A stretch of 64,000 bases of DNA from Aulosira sp. ZfuVER01 (GTDB lineage: Bacteria; Cyanobacteriota; Cyanobacteriia; Cyanobacteriales; Nostocaceae), in NCBI GenBank assembly GCA_034530615.2, contig JAVRCV020000001.1:20156-84155 (forward strand), written 5' to 3'. Under the pieces are notes generated by a model that did not search any database, was not told the origin of the DNA, and was given only the letters and a program-made list of their open reading frames with translations. Shown here piece after piece: positions 48,809-58,617 of this stretch; position 1 is the first letter of the stretch, and the number at the start of each line of letters is the position of its first letter. The position numbers and the translations under genes are program-made.

Positions 48809-49609
48809 ATGAGAATCATGTTGCGACTTTCAATGAAATCTTTAGCTCTTGGTGGTATGGTAGCTCTGTCTACTGCAACCAGTGCTTTTGCGCAAATACC
48901 TGTATTACAAAATTTACATCTAACTCAAGTACCAAGCTTTAGTTGTGGCCCCCATACTCAGACTTACATTGTTAAGCCTTTAGATAACCGCCAAGGTCAA
49001 GGTATCCGCTGCGTCAAATTGAGTGAAGGTAAACCAGGAACGACAATTCCCAGATTAGCGTGGTACGGCGAAGGCAATTGGGGTGGTGCTACCTATCGCC
49101 ATGTAGGACAAGCAATTTACCGAGGTTCTAACTTGGTTGGTTTTGCCTCAGATATTCACGGAAACGGTGAAGATATTAACAATAACTTTCCCGGAAACCT
49201 GAAGGTACAAATCCTCAATCCCTCAACCATTCGTGTTACTGGCGCATGGAATGAACAATGGCAATTAGTCAATGCTACTAACTATCAGCCTTTACCTAGA
49301 CCTAGAACTTGCGGTGGCTATTTCGATGAATACAAAGTTTCTGATTTAACCGGAACTCGCCAAGGTGAAGGCTTGCGTTGTGTTCTCCGCGTTGGGCCAA
49401 ACAATACAACTTGGTTTGGTAATGGTAATTGGGGAGGTTCTACTTATTCCCACATAGGAACTCGTTCATTTAATGGTTACGGTGCTGGTGATATTTGTGG
49501 TAAAGGTTTCGGCCCAATTTGTAACACCTTTGGTTGGGGTTCTTTGAAGTTTACTTCAGTTACTGGTGGTTTTGATGTCACAGGTGCTTGGAGTGAAAAG
49601 TGGCGTTAG
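48809..49609 (+). CDS. Hypothetical secreted protein with two tandem ~105-aa Cys/Trp/Gly-rich domains
   Basis: Signal peptide ending SAFA; the motif C...Y.V...RQG.G.RCV...W.G.GNWGG.TY.H.G...VTGAW.E.W occurs twice; start uncertain (48782, 48809, 48818 or 48833). Confidence 0.85.
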   Translation: MRIMLRLSMKSLALGGMVALSTATSAFAQIPVLQNLHLTQVPSFSCGPHTQTYIVKPLDNRQGQGIRCVKLSEGKPGTTIPRLAWYGEGNWGGATYRHVGQAIYRGSNLVGFASDIHGNGEDINNNFPGNLKVQILNPSTIRVTGAWNEQWQLVNATNYQPLPRPRTCGGYFDEYKVSDLTGTRQGEGLRCVLRVGPNNTTWFGNGNWGGSTYSHIGTRSFNGYGAGDICGKGFGPICNTFGWGSLKFTSVTGGFDVTGAWSEKWR

Positions 49610-49732
49610 GTAATTGAGAATTTTAACCGCCGATATATTTCTGAAATATGGCTGATAAGTATTAAGGTTCTCTTGGTCAATTAAGGAACCGCAAAATCAA
49701 AACACAATTACTAATAATGGAGTACTAATAAA

Positions 49733-50209
49733 ATGTTCAAACGTTCTTTAATAACTGCTGCTTCTAGTGTTGCTTTAGCTGCTGCTTTAGTGAGTCCCGC
49801 TTTAGCTGCACCTGCTGATTTTGTTGGCACTTGGGTAAATAAAGATAGTAACACTCGTGGTGTAACTCGCTTAGTCGTTACCTCAGCCGGTGGAAATAAA
49901 TTAAACATTCAAGTGTTTGGTAAATGCCATCCGACAGACTGTGATTGGGGAACTACATCAGTAACAACCTATGGACTTAATGTCCAAGATACAAACCATA
50001 CCTATGCAACAGCGAACTACAACAAAGGTTTTTCCAACACTTTATTAACCCTAGATCATGCTGGCTCTCAAATCATGTTGCAAAGCTTCACTCAATTTTT
50101 AGATAATAGTGGTCGGCAAAATTATTATTCTCGCGACTACTTTCAAAAATCTCTAAAAGTGAGAATTCCTCGGGAGTTACCAACATCTCCTATTATCCCT
50201 AATCAATAA
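49733..50209 (+). CDS. Hypothetical secreted beta-rich protein
   Basis: Signal peptide ending PALA; FVGTWVN.D..TRG...GKCHPTDCDWG; GGAG RBS. Confidence 0.85.
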   Translation: MFKRSLITAASSVALAAALVSPALAAPADFVGTWVNKDSNTRGVTRLVVTSAGGNKLNIQVFGKCHPTDCDWGTTSVTTYGLNVQDTNHTYATANYNKGFSNTLLTLDHAGSQIMLQSFTQFLDNSGRQNYYSRDYFQKSLKVRIPRELPTSPIIPNQ

Positions 50210-50400
50210 CTTAGAGTTCCATATTTCCCAGTTGATGATTTGTAACCACAGATATTTATCGGTGTGAATCGATGTTTATCTGTGGTTTTTTCTCAAATTG
50301 AATAGTTGCCAAAGATTAATTTCATGCATAAACTACCCCTGTCATACCTATGTAGTTAATGAAGAGAGAAGACCCAAAAACAATTAATGATGGAGTATTT

Positions 50401-50775
50401 ATGTTTAAACCTTCTGTAACTTTGGCAGTACTGGGTACAGTTTTAACTATAAATGCAGTTAGTCCCGCTTTCGCTGGATCGCAACCAATTGCGCCTAATG
50501 CAATTCAATTAAATGGCATTTCTGGTGTTGCTAATTCCGATCCAGATAACTGGTGTGGAACGCGCGTTCCTGGATTTCCACCACGTCCACATTTGCGATC
50601 GCAAATTCTGGTACGCAACACAGGTATCCTCGCTATCGGCCCTAAGCAAGACGATCCTGCTGGTAGCCCTCAATTAAATTCTCAGTTAAATTCAACTGGT
50701 GTAGGTAATCCAGGAGTTATTAGTGCTTTAAATCCTCAGCCTTTACCGCCAAAAAGTTGTGCAAACTTGAGGTAA
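50401..50775 (+). CDS. Hypothetical secreted low-complexity peptide with WCGT, GPKQDDP and LNPQPLPP motifs
   Basis: ATG 50401 after GGAG; signal peptide ending PAFA, similar to that of the preceding gene (MFK...VSPA.A). Confidence 0.8.
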   Translation: MFKPSVTLAVLGTVLTINAVSPAFAGSQPIAPNAIQLNGISGVANSDPDNWCGTRVPGFPPRPHLRSQILVRNTGILAIGPKQDDPAGSPQLNSQLNSTGVGNPGVISALNPQPLPPKSCANLR

Positions 50776-50814
50776 TACCAATTCAAAAAATCTTTGCAAC
50801 ACATCAATCATTTA

Positions 50815-50841
50815 TAGGGGTGCAAAGCTTTGCGCCCCTAC
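50815..50841. repeat. GTAG-type REP-like palindrome
   Basis: taggggtgcaaagctttgcgcccctac. Confidence 0.7.
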
Positions 50842-50935
50842 CTTATATCCCTGAATAAGAAATTATTTATTTTCCGCGATCGCCAACCATATTGGATTAG
50901 CTTTTTTAAGGATGATTAATATTAAAACAGTTATT

Positions 50936-51193
50936 TTAGGGCTTAAGCAGCCACGACTTTAATGCCGATTTAGCTATTTTTGTAGTAAAAAAAGTGATGA
51001 CTAGAATTGTAATACCAGTTTTATAAGGATGCTCGCTATGCTCATCATTACGGTAATTTGTCTCACTTTGATAAGCAGTAGAGTTGCAATTATTTGGTGA
51101 GATGCATGAAGTAGCAACAGTATCTTGAGCAATAGCTAAAGTTAATATAGTTGCTATTAAGCATAGGCGAAACAGTGAAGTACAACAATTCAT
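50936..51193 (-). CDS. Small hypothetical protein
   Basis: 85 aa with N-terminal and C-terminal hydrophobic segments. Confidence 0.45.
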   Translation of the reverse strand: MNCCTSLFRLCLIATILTLAIAQDTVATSCISPNNCNSTAYQSETNYRNDEHSEHPYKTGITILVITFFTTKIAKSALKSWLLKP

Positions 51194-51314
51194 AAACTAG
51201 GAATTTACGGAACTAGACAGTAATTCCTACACTTTCTGAACAATAAATTTCTGAAATTTTTCGTTAATTTAATATAGCCAGTAGTTGGTATAGCAGCAAC
51301 TACTGACTTCAGTA

Positions 51315-53195
51315 CTAATGAGATACAGCTATTTTCTCATCAGCTACCTGGGCGTGTTCGGCAACAATTTTGCGGAATAATTCACCTTCAATTGTCTCTT
51401 GGTCTGATAACAAATCTACGAGGCGCTCTAAAGCTACGCGGTTTTGTTCCAAGATTGATTTTGCGGTTTGGTAGGAACTGCTGATAATTTCCCGGACTTG
51501 AGCATCAATTTTGGCGGCAATTTCTTCAGAATACTCTGATTTATTCATCCAATCGCGGCCTAAAAAGACTTCTCCACTCTGATTTTCTAAAGATAACGGG
51601 CCTAAGGTAGACATACCAAATTTAGTTACCATTTGTCGTGCTAAATTTGTGACCTTTTGCAGATCGTCTCCAGCACCGGTAGTTACTTCTGGTTTACCAA
51701 AAACAACTTCTTCCGCAGCACGACCACCTAAAATAGAGGTAATTCTGGCTTTGAGTTGGGAACGAGAAATTAAACCCTGTTCTTCATTAGGGGTGAACCA
51801 AGTTAATCCCAGTGCTTGTCCGCGAGGGATGAGTGTGACTTTCTGCACTGGATCGTGGTCTTTAATTAAGGTTCCAACTAAGGCATGACCAACTTCATGA
51901 TAAGCAATTAAGCGCTTGCTCTTACTATCTACCAAAGCGGTTCCTTCCATCCCTGCGACTACCCGATCTACCGCATCATCAATTTCGAGGATGGTAATTG
52001 CTTCTTTGCGGCGTCTAGCGGTGAGAATTGCTGCTTCGTTGAGTAAGTTAGCTAAATCTGCACCTGTAAATCCAGGTGTGCGGCGAGCGATCGCATCTAA
52101 GGATACGCTAGGATCGATTTTCTTATTCCGCGCATGAACTTTTAAAATGTCTAAACGACCTTTGAGATCCGGTGCATCAACAATCACCTGGCGGTCGAAG
52201 CGTCCTGGACGAAGTAACGCTGCATCAAGTACATCTGGGCGGTTGGTGGCAGCAATAATAATGATGCCAGTGTTACCTTCAAAACCATCCATTTCGGTGA
52301 GCAACTGATTTAGGGTTTGCTCTCTCTCATCGTTACCACCACCAATCCCTGCACCTCTTTGTCTACCTACTGCGTCAATTTCATCGATAAATATCAGACA
52401 AGGGGCATTTTCTTTGGCTTTTTTAAACAAGTCGCGGACGCGGGATGCACCCACACCAACAAACATTTCCACAAATTCCGAGCCGGAAATGCTAAAGAAT
52501 GGTACACCTGCTTCCCCAGCGATCGCTTTTGCTAGTAAAGTCTTACCTGTACCAGGAGGGCCAATTAACAGCACTCCCTTAGGAATCCGCGCACCTACAG
52601 CAGTAAATCTTTCTGGCTGTTTTAGGAAAGTGACGACTTCTTGCAATTCTTCTTTCGCTTCTTCCACCCCTGCAACATCGTCAAATTTTACGCCTGTTTT
52701 CGCTTCCATTTGAAAACGAGCGCGAGATTTACCAAAGTTCATCGCTTGGCTAGAAGCATTAGTGGAGCGCCGCAGGAACAATAGCATTAAAGCCACTAGT
52801 GGTAAAATCCACATCAAGTTAATCAATAAGCCAACGGCGGCTCTACTGTTAGCAGAGGAAACCTTAGCAAAATCCACATTTTTTTCTTTGAGTCTATTAA
52901 TTAACTCTGTGTTTTGCTCTAGAAGTTTTACCTGTATTGGATCTTTTTGACCCACTAAAAATACCTTTGCTACTTGTTCGGCTTCATCAAGCTCGACTTT
53001 TGCAACTTCCCCCTTTTCGGTTTTCCTGAGCAACTCCCCATAATTCAAGGAGTTGCGCTCTGCTTTTTGTGCCAACACTGGATTGCCGACTAAAATCCCT
53101 GGCAGTAAGATTAAGCTGGCTGCCAATGCACCAGTCCAAGAAACACGCTTTGCCGATAGCTGTTTGTTCAATGCTTTTTTACCTAAAACTGTCAT
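51315..53195 (-). CDS. ftsH: ATP-dependent zinc metalloprotease FtsH (type B, FtsH1/2-like)
   Basis: [41 protein letters not shown]. Confidence 0.97.
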   Translation of the reverse strand: MTVLGKKALNKQLSAKRVSWTGALAASLILLPGILVGNPVLAQKAERNSLNYGELLRKTEKGEVAKVELDEAEQVAKVFLVGQKDPIQVKLLEQNTELINRLKEKNVDFAKVSSANSRAAVGLLINLMWILPLVALMLLFLRRSTNASSQAMNFGKSRARFQMEAKTGVKFDDVAGVEEAKEELQEVVTFLKQPERFTAVGARIPKGVLLIGPPGTGKTLLAKAIAGEAGVPFFSISGSEFVEMFVGVGASRVRDLFKKAKENAPCLIFIDEIDAVGRQRGAGIGGGNDEREQTLNQLLTEMDGFEGNTGIIIIAATNRPDVLDAALLRPGRFDRQVIVDAPDLKGRLDILKVHARNKKIDPSVSLDAIARRTPGFTGADLANLLNEAAILTARRRKEAITILEIDDAVDRVVAGMEGTALVDSKSKRLIAYHEVGHALVGTLIKDHDPVQKVTLIPRGQALGLTWFTPNEEQGLISRSQLKARITSILGGRAAEEVVFGKPEVTTGAGDDLQKVTNLARQMVTKFGMSTLGPLSLENQSGEVFLGRDWMNKSEYSEEIAAKIDAQVREIISSSYQTAKSILEQNRVALERLVDLLSDQETIEGELFRKIVAEHAQVADEKIAVSH

Positions 53196-53605
53196 AATAA
53201 TTACCCTTTTCCTGCTGGCAAAAGCTGCGCGCTTATTTTATGCCTATTCTTCTAGCAAAAATTGAAATAACGGGAAATAACTGTTTTCTCATCTAGTTTA
53301 ACTTCCACATAAAAGCATTTCCCAGTTTGTCTACATCAGCTTGCAGGAATACACCCTCGTTAGCAAGGGCAATTGCCTATAAAACTGACTTTGAGCTTAC
53401 TGTGTTGCTTGGTGGCTATCCTTGATTAAGCTGCATATATAGTATCTATTCTGACAAAATTCTGACTTAGCTGTGATTTTTACTCACATATCATCAAATT
53501 TCCCCTGGCAATGTAATTTGACACATTACGCAACAAATCGCTAATATAAACATAATCGTAATGATTCCGCTTTTTAACAATTATAGTCATAGTAGCGATC
53601 TACAG

Positions 53606-53637
53606 GATTCCCGACTTTTCTAAAAAATTCGGGAATC
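53606..53637. repeat. ATTCCCGACTT...CGGGAAT palindrome, same family as 38982-39014
   Basis: gattcccgacttttctaaaaaattcgggaatc. Confidence 0.65.
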
Positions 53638-53721
53638 TGAATCCCTCACAACTCTCCAGAAATAATGAAATAAAGCAGTAGTTAATTAGTAAATTTTGTT
53701 ATTTAGCTTGTAGGTGAATTT

Positions 53722-54267
53722 ATGGTGAAAATTGTTGGCATTGGTGGTAGCTTAAGACCCAATTCTTATACCCAGATAGCTTTACAACTAGCAGCACAAA
53801 GGGTAGAAGCACTAGGAGCAGAAGTAGAAATTCTCGATTTGCGGCAGTTACAACTGCCATTTTGCAACGGTGGCAAAGAATATCCAGATTACCCAGACGT
53901 TCAACGCTTACGAGATACAGTGACTCATGCCGATGGTTTAATTTTAGCTACACCTGAGTATCATGGCGGCGTGAGTGGTGTACTGAAAAATACACTAGAT
54001 TTGTTGAGCTTTGAAGAACTGTCGGGAAAAGTGACAGGAATGATTAGCGTGTTGGGCGGACAGTCAAATAGCAACGCCCTTAATGAATTACGGCTGATTA
54101 TCCGCTGGGTACATGGTTGGGTAATTCCCGAACAAATTGCGATCGGACAAGCTTGGGGTGCGTTCAATCCTGAAGGTAAGCTGCTAGATGAAAAACTCTC
54201 CCAAAGGTTCGATCAATTTGCTCAGAGTTTAGTTGACAATACTCGCAAGCTCCGAGGAGTTAGTTAA
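53722..54267 (+). CDS. NADPH-dependent FMN reductase
   Basis: GSLRPNSYT, ATPEYHG..SGVLKN.LD. Confidence 0.92.
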   Translation: MVKIVGIGGSLRPNSYTQIALQLAAQRVEALGAEVEILDLRQLQLPFCNGGKEYPDYPDVQRLRDTVTHADGLILATPEYHGGVSGVLKNTLDLLSFEELSGKVTGMISVLGGQSNSNALNELRLIIRWVHGWVIPEQIAIGQAWGAFNPEGKLLDEKLSQRFDQFAQSLVDNTRKLRGVS

Positions 54268-54300
54268 CCCAGAACTCATATCACGCCCGATTAAACAGTT

Positions 54301-54401
54301 GTCATTGCGAGTGAAGCAAATCTCAAAACCCCTGCGATTGCTTCATTGAACTACCCTGCGGGAAGCCGCCTTTTAGGCGTCTACGTTGCACTCGCAATGA
54401 C
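54301..54401. repeat. GTCATTGCGAG...CTCGCAATGAC palindromic element with nested SDR (54351-54384)
   Basis: Perfect 11-bp terminal stem; inner tgaagca/tgcttca; insert ctaccctgcgggaagccgc...gcgtcta also found at 30119-30147 on the minus strand. Confidence 0.8.
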
Positions 54402-54579
54402 ATTTCACTTTAAGAACGATCAAAATACGTGGTAAAGAGTTTAGCATTGCTAAACCCTTACCTGCATATAGTGAGTGAGAATAGCTTGATAATGCAATGT
54501 AGGCGATCGCAATAAAAAACTCCACCTCGTTGTGGGTAGAGTTTTTCAATATCCCAACTAGCTTGAAAGAGTGAAATTA

Positions 54580-55350
54580 CTATTTCAGTTGTAACTCTGG
54601 TTCGCCTACAACTTGCTCTCCTGTTTCGCCTAAAACTCGTGAATAGAATAATCCTGCCAATATTGCTCCTAAAATAGGAGCAACCCAAAACATCCAAACT
54701 TGTCTAAACATTTCTACCCCAGCAAATAGTGCCGGGCCAGTAGTACGAGCCGGATTCACCGATGTATTGGTGATGGGAATACTAATCAAATGAATAAGTG
54801 TCAGTGCCAAACCAATCGCAATAGGTGCAAAACCTTTGGGCGCACGGCCATCTGTTGCACCTAAAATCACGATTAAAAAAACGAAAGTAAGTACAACCTC
54901 TGTAATAAAACAAGCAACTAGTGAATAACCTCCAGGGGAATGTATTCCAAAACCATTTGTTGCTAATGGATTAGAACCTGAAAGTGTAAAGCCTTGTTTA
55001 CCAGTAGCAATTAAATAAATTAAACCGGCGGCGACTATTGCTCCTAATACCTGGGCAACAATATATGGCAGTAATTCAGAGCCAGGAAAACGTTTTCCTG
55101 CCCACAAACCAAACGATACAGCTGGGTTAAGATGACAACCAGAGATATGACCAATCGCATAGGCCATAGTCAGCACTGTCAGCCCAAATGCCAAAGCAAC
55201 GCCTACAAAACCAATTCCTAATTCATTGGCTCTTGCATCAGGAAATGCTGCTGCAAAAACAGCACTGCCGCATCCACCAAGAACTAACACAAATGTGCCA
55301 AGAAATTCTGCAAGACAACGTGTAAAAAGGGGTATCATTTTTTTCTCCAT
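54580..55350 (-). CDS. aqpZ: Aquaporin Z
   Basis: [34 protein letters not shown]. Confidence 0.96.
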   Translation of the reverse strand: MEKKMIPLFTRCLAEFLGTFVLVLGGCGSAVFAAAFPDARANELGIGFVGVALAFGLTVLTMAYAIGHISGCHLNPAVSFGLWAGKRFPGSELLPYIVAQVLGAIVAAGLIYLIATGKQGFTLSGSNPLATNGFGIHSPGGYSLVACFITEVVLTFVFLIVILGATDGRAPKGFAPIAIGLALTLIHLISIPITNTSVNPARTTGPALFAGVEMFRQVWMFWVAPILGAILAGLFYSRVLGETGEQVVGEPELQLK

Positions 55351-55785
55351 ACTCTACTCAATTTCTGACCAAATCTTTCAAGCCTTTTGAATACCTTAAT
55401 TTGGTCTTGATTTCCGGCTATTATTTACAATCTCAATTCCTAAAAATAGCCAACGAAACCGCAACCAAAATATCTCTGTGATACAGCACACTAGCTAAAT
55501 ATTTGAGCTATATATTAAATTACTCCTCAATACAAAATTTAGATCGTAAAAAAAACTTAATTTTGCATCTATTTTGCTCGGTTAAGTTTTGTCGTGTGAA
55601 CAAATTTGTAGGAGCAAAGTCGAATGAAACTAGTTGAAAGTAATACTAGATGTACTTAAAACATTGCTTTTAATTAGGCATCTATCTGAAGAGAGATTTT
55701 ATAGTTATTGGAGATATAGGAATCCGATTTGTTTTCTGAAAAAATATCTATATCTGTAGGCACCTTAACTGTTTGGGTATCCGAA

Positions 55786-55854
55786 TCAAAAGTACCCCAA
55801 TCCTGCCGATAGAGAGGCCAGTGTTTCGAGTTCCGCAATAGAGAGTAATTTCAT
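55786..55854 (-). pseudogene. Truncated 5' remnant, possibly of a baeRF-family (release-factor-like) gene
   Basis: GGAGG RBS then MKLLSIAELETLASLSAGLGYF*; family assignment rests on recall of the N-terminus only. Confidence 0.3.
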
Positions 55855-55909
55855 TCGTTGACCTCCCATGTATACAGAGTTACAAATATTTGGAATTTAT
55901 TGCCAAATA

Positions 55910-56269
55910 TCAAACAATATCTAAAGCAACGATCACTTTATCCAAATTTGTTAAATCGCCAATTAACCTTTGTAGAGGTGGTGGAAGCTCTTTGATTAAA
56001 GTAGGTATAGCAAATATATGTTCTTTTTCTACAGTCTCAGGCTTTTGGTATATATCAATGATTTCTATCTCATAGCGTCCTTCTAAGTATTGTTCACAAA
56101 TGTTTTTTAATATTTGAATAGCACGCATAGATTTGATACTATTGCCAGCTACATACAAACGTAAAACATATTTTTCTAACTCTATATTTGCCAGCGCTTT
56201 TTCAAAATCTTCTGTAGATCCGATAATTAGTTCCTCAGAACTATCGTTAGTTTGCTGTGAATTATTCAT
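55910..56269 (-). CDS. KaiB-family protein (non-canonical paralog)
   Basis: YVLRLYVAG...C...L.G.Y.IE.IDI...P...I.AIPTLIK.LP.P..R.IGDL. Confidence 0.9.
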   Translation of the reverse strand: MNNSQQTNDSSEELIIGSTEDFEKALANIELEKYVLRLYVAGNSIKSMRAIQILKNICEQYLEGRYEIEIIDIYQKPETVEKEHIFAIPTLIKELPPPLQRLIGDLTNLDKVIVALDIV

Positions 56270-56514
56270 AGTTAGTTGATTAGCATTTGATATTTACTTG
56301 ATGTAAATCCAGTTCTGCTACTGTTTGGATAACATGAGTATTAAAAGCTGCACAAAGAGATTGCATACGATCGCAAATATCGGTGAATTCTTTTCCCTTG
56401 GCTAGATTAACCTAAGTGTAATTTCAAAAAACAGGTATTAATCGTAACTTATATAAACCGCGATCGCTCACTTCTACCAAAAATACAAAAGACCAATCGT
56501 TACGCAGTACAGGG

Positions 56515-56715
56515 TCAAGAGAGAATAACCAATTTCGCCCCAGCTTGGCGTAACTGCACTACCGCAGATTCAATCAGCGATCAAGTTAACGGATTGGAAG
56601 GGATTTTTAGATAGTTAGTACCTGGAGAATCCTTAGTTGCTGCAAAATCAGGCTCGTTATCTGTGAGAGCAACGATACCAACACGCAAACCAGCAATTGG
56701 GGAGATGGTGGTAAA
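56515..56715 (-). pseudogene. Internal fragment of a CapA (PGA_cap) family gene
   Basis: GLRVGIVALTDNEPDFAATKDSPGTNYL...LT*SLIESAVVQLRQAGAKLVILS*, read through an in-frame stop at 56581-56583. Confidence 0.65.
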
Positions 56716-56815
56716 ACCATTTGTAAACCAGATTTTGCCACTATCTTGATTAAGATTAAAAAGAAAATTTGAGGAACTTGTGAGGAAGTTGTTGATACTC
56801 CTTAAACTCTTAAGA

Positions 56816-57382
56816 TCAACCTTGTAGGTGATGCTTACCAATTAGTCTGACGGTGCTAGCTTGGAGTCCCTTGTCACCTTCTACTTCCGCAAAACGGACT
56901 TCATCTCCCACGTGTAACTGCTCGAAATCACCATTGAAGAGACTGTTGCGGTGAAAATAAACTTCGCTTCCATCAGCTGTCTCGATAAAGCCGTAGCCCT
57001 CGTCTGGGAATAATGTCACAATTCGTCCATGAGGCGGTTCTTCGTGAGTTTTGATTTCCTGACGCACTATCCTAGTATGGTCTTGCAGTTGGCGCTTGGC
57101 TGCATCAAAGGCATCACGAATTGCTACATATATATCCTCGTGGCTTTGACGTTCAGGTGGGTCACGTTTGATAACTATTTCCCCATTTGGGACAGTCATG
57201 TCAATTCGCACCTGATAAAGTTTGCCGTTACGTTGATGCCGATGTGGTGCATCAACTATAACTCGGCAGCTGGTAATTCGGTTATAGAAGCGGTCTAGTT
57301 TAGCTGCCAATATGCGAATTTTTTCTTCTACAGCTTCCGATTGGGGGATGTTGCGAAAGGTGATTTGTAGTGGGATTCTCAT
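56816..57382 (-). CDS. HPF/RaiA ribosome-associated domain fused to a cold-shock domain
   Basis: LQITFRN...S.AVE...DIYVAIRDAFDAAKRQL, then GYGFI...EVYFH.N...GD.V.F. Confidence 0.92.
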   Translation of the reverse strand: MRIPLQITFRNIPQSEAVEEKIRILAAKLDRFYNRITSCRVIVDAPHRHQRNGKLYQVRIDMTVPNGEIVIKRDPPERQSHEDIYVAIRDAFDAAKRQLQDHTRIVRQEIKTHEEPPHGRIVTLFPDEGYGFIETADGSEVYFHRNSLFNGDFEQLHVGDEVRFAEVEGDKGLQASTVRLIGKHHLQG

Positions 57383-57815
57383 GATTGCTCCTATTTCTCA
57401 AGTATCTCTTGCCTCGATTAATAGATTGCTCAGGCAAGGTCTTAATTAAGATTCGTTTTCCCGATCGCAAAGCAACTCATGCTTTTATGAGGTTGTGAGT
57501 TGATGGAAGGGAACTTGAGAAGTATCGATATATCATTGGTCATTGATCATTAGTAAGAATTCTCAGCCTATTTACGTTGCTTAACATGGCTCTTTTAATT
57601 CTTGCAGACTTACTTAACGACTTTAGAATAGATGAGAATTTTGAACTTTAATTATTAACACTCTACTTTCAATTTCTATTATTCCTCTAAACACCAATAA
57701 CAGCAAAAAAACGATAAGAAAATATATATAAATCCGATTTGATTGGGTAAAAATGACGTACTCCTTTACGTCTTTATTTCTGGTTTATCTATAGAATTAA
57801 ATTCTGAGCAATCCT

Positions 57816-58469
57816 TTAACAACTTACTGCAAATTGCTGTGTTAAAAGTTCATGAATTGCGGTATCACTGATTTGGGCGAAATTCTCATACCAAAGAGCG
57901 ATCGCATAAAAGGGTTCTGGTGTCATTAAACATACAACCTTATCCACTTCCTGGCGCAATTCCTTGCAGGTTTTTGCTAATCCTACAGGAACCGCAACAA
58001 TAATTTGCTGAGGCTGTTGTTCCCGGACTATAGCAATAGCAGCACGCATCGTTGAGCCAGTAGCGATCCCGTCGTCTATGAGAATGATTGTGTGTTCTCT
58101 GAGATCTAGTGGAGAAAGATGACCTCGATAAGTCCTATCGTGTCGTTCTAATTCCCGTTGTTCCTTAGCAGCAACATCATCAATCGTTTTCCCAGAAATT
58201 CCCAACCAACTCACAACATCATAATTTAGGCAGCGCACACCACCAGATGCGATCGCACCCATTGCTAATTCTTTGTGTCCTGGTACAGTCAATTTACTCA
58301 CCAAACAAATATCCCATGGTACATCCAGTGCTTTGGCTACTTCAAAAGCAATAGGTACGCCACCACGAGGAAGCCCCAGCACTAAAACATCTGGGCGATG
58401 GGCGTAATCTGTCAGCTTGCTAGCTAATTGTTTTCCTGCTTCACTGCGATTTCGGAATCTTGTAGTCAT
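57816..58469 (-). CDS. Phosphoribosyltransferase family protein
   Basis: FRNR.EAG..LA, LGLPRGGVP, LIDDGIATGSTM, VAVPV; ATG 58469 after GAGGTG. Confidence 0.9.
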   Translation of the reverse strand: MTTRFRNRSEAGKQLASKLTDYAHRPDVLVLGLPRGGVPIAFEVAKALDVPWDICLVSKLTVPGHKELAMGAIASGGVRCLNYDVVSWLGISGKTIDDVAAKEQRELERHDRTYRGHLSPLDLREHTIILIDDGIATGSTMRAAIAIVREQQPQQIIVAVPVGLAKTCKELRQEVDKVVCLMTPEPFYAIALWYENFAQISDTAIHELLTQQFAVSC

Positions 58470-58496
58470 TTTCATCACCTCAACTACAGGATTTGT

Positions 58497-58528
58497 TATT
58501 GGGCATTGGGCATTGGGCATTGGGAATT
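58497..58528. repeat. STRR heptamer repeat (TTGGGCA)n
   Basis: ttgggcattgggcattgggcattgggaatt. Confidence 0.8.
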
Positions 58529-58617
58529 AGTTATTTCTTCTCTCTCCCTGCTCCCTTGCCTCTTGCCTTTAGGTTAAGAAAAAAAGTTGAGGAAATTGTG
58601 AGGAACGCAAAACTAAT

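Noticed and set aside
56581..56841. 86-aa ORF as an intact gene
   Set aside because: Its N-terminus overlaps the HPF-CSD stop region; only the C-terminal half is CapA-like and similarity continues past the stop, so it is treated as a pseudogene fragment
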